Below are positions 57,188 to 64,000 of a stretch of 64,000 nt of DNA, in pieces. Where the stretch lies: NCBI GenBank assembly GCA_016182085.1, contig JACOYB010000006.1, positions 88,980 through 152,979 of the forward strand, in the 5' to 3' direction. This DNA is from Candidatus Magasanikiibacteriota bacterium. Lineage in GTDB: Bacteria; Patescibacteriota; Patescibacteriia; Magasanikbacterales; GWA2-37-8. The notes under the pieces were generated by a model that had not been told where the DNA came from, did no database searches, and worked only from the letters and a program-made list of their open reading frames with translations. The position numbers and the translations under genes are program-made. The stretch's first letter is position 1; the number at the start of each line of letters is the position of its first letter.

Positions 57188-57216
57188 ATTATATCAGAAT
57201 ATTACAGTTTTGTCAA
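57188..57216 (-). promoter_or_regulatory. perfect consensus sigma70 promoter
   Basis: minus strand TTGACA(57216-57211)-17-TGaTATAAT(57193-57188). Confidence 0.8.
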
Positions 57217-57327
57217 GGGGGGTGGGGTGGATAAAGTTATATCTTAGCTAATTTTAGCCAAAATACAACTAAAAAAGACCCTTATGCAGGGCCTTTTAGC
57301 TGTTAAAACAGGGTTATGTACAGGAAA

Positions 57328-57930
57328 TTATTGTTTTTCAATCACTTTATCAATAATGCCGTATTTCAGCGCTTCTTCGGCACTCATAAAATTATCTCTA
57401 TCCGTATCTTTTTCAATCGTAGCCAAGTCTTTGCCAGTATGTTTTGACATAAGCTGGTTTAGTCTTTCTTTGATCTTTAAGATTCGTTCGGCGCGGATTT
57501 TGATGTCGCTCGCCTGGCCTTCCATACCGCCCATAACCTGGTGGATCATAATTTCGGAATTAGGCAGGGCAAATCGTTTGCCTTTGGCGCCAGCGCCCAA
57601 AAGGAACGCGCCCATGCTTGCAGCCATGCCGATACAAATAGTGCTTACATCTGGTTTGATATATTGCATGGTGTCAAAGATAGCCATGCCAGCGGTTACC
57701 GATCCACCCGGAGAATTGATGTATAATTTGATATCTTTTTCCGGATTTTGATTTTCCAAAAACAACAGTTGAGCAATAATTACATTGGCCACGTTATCGT
57801 CTACTTGGGTGCCTAGAAATATAATACGGTCCTGCAGCAAGCGGGAATAAATATCGTATGCTCGTTCGCCAAAGTTGGTTTTTTCAATTACGGTTGGAAT
57901 AAGGTATTGGGATTTAATTTCATTATTCAT
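57328..57930 (-). CDS. clpP: ATP-dependent Clp protease proteolytic subunit
   Basis: [37 protein letters not shown]. Confidence 0.97.
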   Translation of the reverse strand: MNNEIKSQYLIPTVIEKTNFGERAYDIYSRLLQDRIIFLGTQVDDNVANVIIAQLLFLENQNPEKDIKLYINSPGGSVTAGMAIFDTMQYIKPDVSTICIGMAASMGAFLLGAGAKGKRFALPNSEIMIHQVMGGMEGQASDIKIRAERILKIKERLNQLMSKHTGKDLATIEKDTDRDNFMSAEEALKYGIIDKVIEKQ

Positions 57931-58082
57931 AATGGAAATGAATGAGTAAAATATTTAGCTTGCTAAAGTATTTTCGAATGAATGAGATTATTTACAAGCG
58001 AAGTGAGTGAAAAGGACATTTATGTACTTTTCCGAACAAGCGCAGTAAATATGGAATATATATGGGCTTTAGTCCATATATA
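57928..58082 (-). repeat. structured leader repeat, copy C (two tandem units) ending at the clpP ATG
   Basis: minus strand cttgttcggaaaagtacat-aa-atgtccttttcactcacttcg and ctcattcattcgaaaata..tttagc-aa-gctaaa..tattttactcattcatttccattATG. Confidence 0.75.
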
Positions 58083-58121
58083 ATATGTAAAAGTTAATTT
58101 AGATTTAATTCTACCTTGTTT

Positions 58122-58956
58122 TTAGCGTAGCGTCAAAATTCGGTTAATCGTGCTCTCTATAGTGCCATCCACCGTAAAACCAGCTGCCTTTTTATGTCCG
58201 CCGCCGCCCAGTTTTTTGGCGAGCGCGGCCACATCCACAGTATCATGAGTCGTGCGGAAGCTGCCTTTAATTTTTCCATCATCTGTTTCTTTTATAAATA
58301 ACGAAATGGTCGCGTCATTTAGTTTGTTTAAGAAATTTGATATGCCTTCCACATCCGTATCTCCAGCTCCGTGCTGGATCAAATCTTTCTTGGTTAAGTA
58401 TGTATAAGCAATATCGGTTTCAGGCTTTTTAGTTAATCTGCTTAGGACCAGTCCCCATAATTTAAGTAGGTGTATAGATTTATTTTGCAACAGTGATTTG
58501 TTTATAATATTCCAATTGCCGCCCAGGCGCAGTAGCTCTCCGGCCGCGGTCAGAGCGGTATACGATGTAGCGGAATTAGTAAAATTATCCGTATCAGTGA
58601 TAAGTCCGGTTAACAGAGACGTGGCCATCGGGGGAGTGATACGAATGCTATTTACTTTGAAAAAACTATAGACCACTTCAGTTGTGGAAGCCCATTTATC
58701 CATAACGATTAATTGTATCGGCGTCTTTAAATACCTCCGGATCATTACTAACAATATCTATATTATGAAGAAAATTGAATTTATCCGGCACGGGTGAGAG
58801 GCAGAAAATTTTGACTTTTTTCCCTAAGGATTGGAGGTACTGGGCAAAGGCCGTGGAGGCGCCCAAAGTGTCTCCGTCCGGGCTGGGATGGGAAACCAAA
58901 GCGAGGGTGTTGGCACCCTGGATATGCTTATGAATTTGTTTGGCGGCGGTTTGCAT
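58122..58956 (-). pseudogene. NrnA-like DHH/DHHA1 phosphoesterase disrupted by an apparent deletion and frameshift near 58710
   Basis: N-part HPSPDGDTLGAS (58696-58956) and C-part ASTTEV..GLITDTDNF..SFR..GGGGHKKAAG (58122-58754) lie in different frames; no DHH motif in between. Confidence 0.8.
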
Positions 58957-59102
58957 AATTTGTTTGAACTAGCGATTATATATGCATTATTTGTTTTTGT
59001 CAACCCCGGTACCATCGCGGATTTCACTTGAGGTATGGGGGGAGGATATGGTATATTATAGCCCGTAAAGCTTGGTAAGTCCTTAAAGTTCAGTGGGCCG
59101 TT

Positions 59103-61760
59103 ATGTACTTAAAGCGCCTAGAAATAAAAGGTTTTAAATCCTTTGCCGAAAAAACGGTATTGGATTTTTTTCCGTATAAAAATAATCGTTACAGCATTAC
59201 CGCCGTTGTCGGCCCTAATGGTTCGGGTAAATCCAACGTAGCCGATGCTATCCGCTGGGTAATGGGCGAGCAGAGTCTCAAAAATTTGCGTGGCAAGAAA
59301 AATGAAGATATTATTTTTAGCGGTTCGCAGGTCAAAGGCCAGCTGGGCGCGGCCGAAGTAACGATGGTTTTAGACAATAGCGTAGAAAGCGTTGGTCCGG
59401 AACAGAATCGGATCATGTCTGATTATCCCGAAATTACGGTTTCACGCCGTCTGTACCGTTCCGGCGAAGGGGAATATTTGATAAATAATAATCCGGTACG
59501 TCTGCTTGATATCTATTTATTTTTAGCCCAGGCGCAATTTGCGCAGCACTCATATAGTGTGGTGGGGCAAGGCATGATAGATAAATTGCTTACGGTTAGT
59601 CCGGCCGAACGAAAAGATTTTCTGGACGAAGCATCCGGCATAAAAGAGTTCCAAATCAAACAACATCAAGCAGATTTAAAATTAACTCGCACCAGAGAAA
59701 ATTTAACTCAAGCCCAGCGTTTGGTTGAAGAAGTTGAGCCGCGGCTAAAAATTTTGGCCCGCCAAGTTAAAAAATTGGAACAGCGCCAGGAAGTGGAATT
59801 AAAGTTGCGTGAAAACCAGGAGAAATATTACGCCTCTATTTATTTAGTCAATAAATCTGAATTGGATAGGTTAAATTTAGTTTTAGCTGGAGTGGAAACA
59901 AATTATCGTGAGGCATTTAAAGAATTGGAAGAAGCGCAAAGAGAAATGGCGGCGCTGGCTCGCGATGCGGCTGAAACGGAAGAAAAAAGCAAGAACAGCG
60001 CGGGGCAGATGATTCACGAACAAAGAAAGTTATTAGACCAAATTGCCAAAGATAAGACGAGCGCACAGTTAAAAATATTTAATTTGGAAAAACAGATTTT
60101 CCAAGATCAGTCCGAACAAAATTATCGACAGGTAAGCGGTCTTTTTGCTGCCCAGGCGGTACTAGAAAACAAAGATAAGTTTGGGCAGGTGGATGGTTTG
60201 GTAGCGCAGCTGGGCGAAGTGGAAGAGCAGTATCAGTTGGCTTTGGAAGTCGCCGCCGGATCATATTTGTCCGCGTTGGTAGTAGAAAGCGATGAAGTGG
60301 CCAAACGAGCCATTGAATTTTTGCGCAATAACCGATTGGGTTCGGCGACCTTTTTACCGTTAAACAAAATCAATCCTCGGCCAGCCGAAAAGGATATAGG
60401 CAGTATCTTGTCCATGCCAGGTGTGGTTGGGCTCGCGGCCGATATTATTAAACACGAAGATAAATTTAATAATATTTTTTCTTTTATCTTTGGCCAGACA
60501 GTGGTAGTGGAAAGTTTAGCCGCGGCCCAAAAAATAGGTATTGGCCGCGCGCGCATGGTTACGCTCACCGGAGACCTGGTAGAAAAAACCGGCGTGATGA
60601 AAGGCGGATATAAACACATCAAAAAAGATGGCTTAAGATTTTCCAGCCATATTTCCTGGAGCAAGGACAGGTTAGCCGAATACCAGGCGCAGATAAATTC
60701 CGAAAAGGAAAAAATTATACAGTTTGAAGCTGAGTATGAACAAGCCAAAGCGGCATTATTAGAACTTGAATCAAAAAGAGAGGCCGCAAATTCTAAGACC
60801 AAATTGCTTAAGGCCTTTTCTTTGCAAGAAGTAATGCAAAAAAAGCAAAATTTGGTAAATGAAATTTTGGCCAAAAGAAACGATTTAAAAATTGAAGCTG
60901 CCAGGCTAGAAACAAAACAAACCGCGATTTCCGAAGAAGTGCAAGCTGAAATAAATTCTACAATTGAAGCTATCGTAGAGCGCCAGCCGCCGCAGGTAAG
61001 CGCCCACCAGCTGCCGGATGTGCTTGGTGAAATTCAAAAATTGAAATACCAGCTGAGCCTGATTGGCGGTATTGATAAGGAAGTGGTGGAAGAATATGAG
61101 CAAAGCAAAGAACGCTTTGATTTTCTTTCCGATCAAATAAAAGATCTAACGCTCGCGCTCGCAGATTTGGAAAAAATGATTTTGGAACTTGATGAAATCA
61201 TGAAGAAAAAACGAGCCGCGTCGTTTAAGAAAATCCGCAAGGAGTTTGATCGGTATGTAAAGATATTATTTGGCGGCGGCGATGGCGATATCTTTGAAAT
61301 TTATGGCGAAGAAAAGGATGAAGATGAGATGAGCGCCGAAAGTATGGGCGAGGAGACGCCAGAAGAAAAACCGAAACGCAGAGAGAAAATTTTGACCGGT
61401 ATAGATATTTCCATAAATCCTCCGGGGAAAAAGATTAAAAATATTAGCACGCTTTCCGGCGGCGAAAGAACCCTGGTATCTATCGCGCTCATTTGCGCAA
61501 TCTTAAGTTATAATCCGGCGCCATTTGTGGTGCTAGACGAAGTAGAAGCCGCGCTCGATGAATCCAATACGCGCCGGTTTGCCGAAATTTTAGCCGAATT
61601 ATCATCTCGATCTCAATTTATTATTATTACCCATAATCGAGTTACTATGCATGCGGCCGATGCGTTGTATGGGGTGGTTATGGGGAATGACGGTATTTCC
61701 AAATTGCTTAGCGTAAAGCTGGAAGAAGTGCCGAAATACGAAACGGCTGTGATAGATTAG
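59103..61760 (+). CDS. smc: chromosome segregation protein SMC with hinge and shortened coiled-coil arms
   Basis: GFKSFA, GPNGSGKSN, hinge (GSATFLPLNKI, VTLTGD), LSGGE, LDEVEAALD, ITHN; only 885 aa. Confidence 0.92.
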   Translation: MYLKRLEIKGFKSFAEKTVLDFFPYKNNRYSITAVVGPNGSGKSNVADAIRWVMGEQSLKNLRGKKNEDIIFSGSQVKGQLGAAEVTMVLDNSVESVGPEQNRIMSDYPEITVSRRLYRSGEGEYLINNNPVRLLDIYLFLAQAQFAQHSYSVVGQGMIDKLLTVSPAERKDFLDEASGIKEFQIKQHQADLKLTRTRENLTQAQRLVEEVEPRLKILARQVKKLEQRQEVELKLRENQEKYYASIYLVNKSELDRLNLVLAGVETNYREAFKELEEAQREMAALARDAAETEEKSKNSAGQMIHEQRKLLDQIAKDKTSAQLKIFNLEKQIFQDQSEQNYRQVSGLFAAQAVLENKDKFGQVDGLVAQLGEVEEQYQLALEVAAGSYLSALVVESDEVAKRAIEFLRNNRLGSATFLPLNKINPRPAEKDIGSILSMPGVVGLAADIIKHEDKFNNIFSFIFGQTVVVESLAAAQKIGIGRARMVTLTGDLVEKTGVMKGGYKHIKKDGLRFSSHISWSKDRLAEYQAQINSEKEKIIQFEAEYEQAKAALLELESKREAANSKTKLLKAFSLQEVMQKKQNLVNEILAKRNDLKIEAARLETKQTAISEEVQAEINSTIEAIVERQPPQVSAHQLPDVLGEIQKLKYQLSLIGGIDKEVVEEYEQSKERFDFLSDQIKDLTLALADLEKMILELDEIMKKKRAASFKKIRKEFDRYVKILFGGGDGDIFEIYGEEKDEDEMSAESMGEETPEEKPKRREKILTGIDISINPPGKKIKNISTLSGGERTLVSIALICAILSYNPAPFVVLDEVEAALDESNTRRFAEILAELSSRSQFIIITHNRVTMHAADALYGVVMGNDGISKLLSVKLEEVPKYETAVID

Positions 61761-61834
61761 GGGTACCACAAAGTCGCCCAAGTTAGAATTATCAAAAATC
61801 ACCATAATTTTTTTGGTGATTTTTTTGTAAAAAG

Positions 61835-61891
61835 TTATCCACATTGACGGTTACTACATAAGGTAGTATTCTAGTAATTACTAGAATACTA
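61835..61891 (+). promoter_or_regulatory. DnaA box, promoter and perfect 28-bp palindromic operator upstream of the ArsR gene
   Basis: TTATCCACA(61835), TTGACG, TAGTATTCTAGTAATTACTAGAATACTA (61864-61891, identical to its reverse complement). Confidence 0.75.
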
Positions 61892-61909
61892 GAATGTTAA
61901 TATTTGTCT

Positions 61910-62209
61910 ATGTGGGGAAAAGCAAAAACCTATCCATTAACTCCGGAACTTATTGAAAAGGCGCGCCTTTTGGAATTGGCCGGCGACCCGACTCGCATTA
62001 GAATTTTATGTTTCATGTTCGAACATGAAAAGGCCTGCGTGTCGGAAATTTCCGATGCTCTGGAAATGAGTATCGGCAGTATTTCCCACCACTTGCAAAT
62101 TATGCGCGACAACGACTATTTTATTACCGAAAGAATGGGCAATATGATCTGTTATATTTTGGTTCAAAATAAATTTATCAAACAATTAAAAAAATTAATT
62201 TGCGAATAA
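61910..62209 (+). CDS. ArsR/SmtB-family transcriptional regulator
   Basis: GDPTRIRIL, CVSEIS, SISHHLQIMR, ERMGNMICY. Confidence 0.9.
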   Translation: MWGKAKTYPLTPELIEKARLLELAGDPTRIRILCFMFEHEKACVSEISDALEMSIGSISHHLQIMRDNDYFITERMGNMICYILVQNKFIKQLKKLICE

Positions 62210-62225
62210 ATTATATAACATATAT

Positions 62226-62708
62226 ATGACCAAAAAATCAGCGGCCAAAAGTATGGCGTCCATGCACGCCCCAGCCATCGATCACGATCATATTATTGAT
62301 GGCATTTATATCGGCACCAATCAGTGCTGCCAAATGCACTTTGATGATTTGCTGAAAAATAAAGAGGGGATTACGGCTGATATTTCTTTGGAAAAAGACC
62401 GTTTAGACGCACCGTTTGGCATTGATTTTTATCTCTGGCTGCCCGTAAAAGATCATTCTTCACCCAGTCCGGATCAACTGCTCTTGGGCGTATCGGTCTT
62501 GCAGCAGTTGGTGGCTATGGGGCATAAAGTTTATGTGCATTGCAAAAATGGGCATGGGCGCGCGCCTACACTGGTGGCCGCGTACCTTCTTCTAAAGGGT
62601 TATACGGTTAAAGAAGCGCTAGATTTGCTTAAAAAAATGCGTTCAGTTATACATCTGCAAAACGCGCAAATAAAAGCTTTGGATCAGTTTAAAAAACATA
62701 TAAGTTAA
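62226..62708 (+). CDS. dual-specificity (CX5R) phosphatase-family protein
   Basis: LPVKDHSSP, VYVHCKNGHGRAPTLVAAYL. Confidence 0.88.
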   Translation: MTKKSAAKSMASMHAPAIDHDHIIDGIYIGTNQCCQMHFDDLLKNKEGITADISLEKDRLDAPFGIDFYLWLPVKDHSSPSPDQLLLGVSVLQQLVAMGHKVYVHCKNGHGRAPTLVAAYLLLKGYTVKEALDLLKKMRSVIHLQNAQIKALDQFKKHIS

Positions 62709-62709
62709 T

Positions 62710-63462
62710 ATGGATATATCGCTTGTCATTCCGGCTTTCATAGCCGGGCTCCTTACTTTTTTGGCTCCTTGCACCCTGCCTTTGGTGCCCGGATACCTGG
62801 GTTTTATCAGCGGCGTTTCTCTAGCTGATATCAATGATCCGCTCAAAGCGCGCGCCGCCAAAAGAAAAATATTTATCAATGGCCTGTTATATGTAGTTGG
62901 CTTTAGCTCTATTTTTATTTTGTTGGGCGCCTTGCTGGGACTAGGCGGCATATTGTTTGCTCCATACAAACTCTGGCTGACGCGCGCGGCCGGAGTTTTA
63001 GTTATTATTTTTGGTTTGCAAATGATGCATGTTTTAGACATATCATTTCTGAACCGCGAAGCGCGTTTTAAAACTAATTTTCTAAAACCGGGCGACCCGC
63101 TTAGCTCTCTGCTTTTTGGAATGGCCTTTGCCTTTGGCTGGACTCCTTGCGTAGGGCCGGTTTTAGCCACGGTGTTGGCTCTGGCATCCTCCACCGCCAC
63201 AGTGGGGCAAGCTGTTTTTTTGCTTTTTGTCTTCTCGCTTGGTCTGGCCGTGCCGTTTCTACTAATCGCCGCCGGCATCGGTTCGGCCAGCAGCCGCATA
63301 AAACAATTAAGCCATTACTTAAAAACAATTTCAATTATCGGAGGAATATTTTTGGTGGCTCTGGGTGTTTTGCTTTTAACCGGCAAAATGAATTTATGGA
63401 TTGGTTATTTTTATCAATTATTAACATTTATCGGCTATGATAGATTAATTAATTATCTTTAA
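62710..63462 (+). CDS. ccdA: cytochrome c biogenesis/thiol-disulfide transporter CcdA
   Basis: AGLLTFLAPCTLPLVPGY, GWTPCVGPVL, multi-TM. Confidence 0.9.
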   Translation: MDISLVIPAFIAGLLTFLAPCTLPLVPGYLGFISGVSLADINDPLKARAAKRKIFINGLLYVVGFSSIFILLGALLGLGGILFAPYKLWLTRAAGVLVIIFGLQMMHVLDISFLNREARFKTNFLKPGDPLSSLLFGMAFAFGWTPCVGPVLATVLALASSTATVGQAVFLLFVFSLGLAVPFLLIAAGIGSASSRIKQLSHYLKTISIIGGIFLVALGVLLLTGKMNLWIGYFYQLLTFIGYDRLINYL

Positions 63463-63465
63463 TTT

Positions 63466-63548
63466 TATATATAGGTAAACCATATATTCTCATTCACTCG
63501 GAAATAATCAAAAACATTTGATTATTTCTCTCATTCATTTCGAATATG
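63466..63548 (+). repeat. structured leader repeat, copy D ending at the TlpA ATG
   Basis: atattc-tcattcactcg-gaaataatcaa-aacat-ttgattatttc-tctcattcatttc-gaatATG. Confidence 0.8.
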
Positions 63549-64000
63549 GATAAAAAAACATTTGGTATAATTTTGTTTGTAGGAGTATTTCTGGTCGTTG
63601 GCGGCGCCACGGTGTTGGCGTTTGGAAATTTTAATTCCGGTAGCGACCCCGTATCTGCCTATAAGGCAAGTGTGGCCGCTTCGGACAAGGAGGTTGAAAA
63701 GCATGCGCAAGGGGTAGCTGCTCCAAATTTTACCCTGCCATTACTAGGCGGAGGTACCGTTAGCATGGCCGATTTTCGCGGCAAAAAACCGGTAGTATTG
63801 GCTTTTTGGGCCAGCTGGTGCCCTAATTGTCGGCGCGATATGCCCAAGATGAACGCTTATTATGAAAAATACAAAGACAAAGTGGCTGTGGTGACTATAA
63901 ATATGCAAGAAGATGTTAAAACCGTAGCGGATTTTATGGCCGCTGGGAACCTTACCTTGCCGGTGGCGCTTGATGCCGGTTCCGCGGCGCAAACTTACGG
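63546..64000 (+). CDS. TlpA/redoxin-family thiol-disulfide oxidoreductase (runs off the window end; absent from the ORF track)
   Basis: own translation: MDKKTFGIILFVG(TM)...APNFTLP...FWASWCPNCRRDMP. Confidence 0.88.
   Translation, partial: MDKKTFGIILFVGVFLVVGGATVLAFGNFNSGSDPVSAYKASVAASDKEVEKHAQGVAAPNFTLPLLGGGTVSMADFRGKKPVVLAFWASWCPNCRRDMPKMNAYYEKYKDKVAVVTINMQEDVKTVADFMAAGNLTLPVALDAGSAAQTY

Noticed and set aside
56971-57251. Plus-strand ORFs 56971-57177 and 57048-57251
   Set aside because: They lie just downstream of a terminator, have no promoter or motifs, and the strong promoter points the other way.
58690-58730. Programmed ribosomal frameshift in the DHH gene
   Set aside because: No slippery sequence, and joining the frames would still lack the DHH motif.
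707-63992. Many antisense or overlapping ORFs in the track (e.g. 707-1282, 20097-20618, 51443-52003, 60233-60874, 62643-63299)
   Set aside because: They are shadows of well-supported genes on the other strand or frame, with no recognisable motifs.

Overview
This is a gene-dense, AT-rich (roughly 40% GC by eye) bacterial chromosome segment using the standard code (TGA acts as stop in mutM and the 31.9-kb ORF). Gene content and style point to a Patescibacteria/CPR (Parcubacteria-like) genome: a short AspRS without the GAD insert, tandem gpmI genes, a short SMC, few Shine-Dalgarno sites and TATG start contexts. This assignment is an inference. Most of the window is housekeeping: rplY, prmC-prfA-rpmE, rpsB-tsf, gap, aspS, scpAB, pgk, eno, 2x gpmI, valS-tyrS-argS, tRNA-Leu(GAG), ndk, PBP-murF-mutM, clpP, smc and an ArsR-phosphatase-ccdA-TlpA operon. 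The main non-routine items are five. (1) A six-gene operon at 39.1-46.3 kb (Acg-type nitroreductase, Leu/Phe/Val dehydrogenase, PaaK-like ligase, ThiF/E1 enzyme, alpha/beta hydrolase, multi-TM sensor kinase) looks like a small-molecule make/sense/destroy module. (2) A covarying structured repeat occurs at five loci, and four of them end exactly at a start codon. (3) TGTCAT...ATGACA palindromic elements are inserted in frame in prmC and rlmI. (4) A ~320-nt unit with no long ORF has a perfect sigma70 promoter and a terminator, and is a candidate ncRNA. (5) Two large surface proteins share C-terminal peptidoglycan-binding modules. No CRISPR array, rRNA or transposase was seen.
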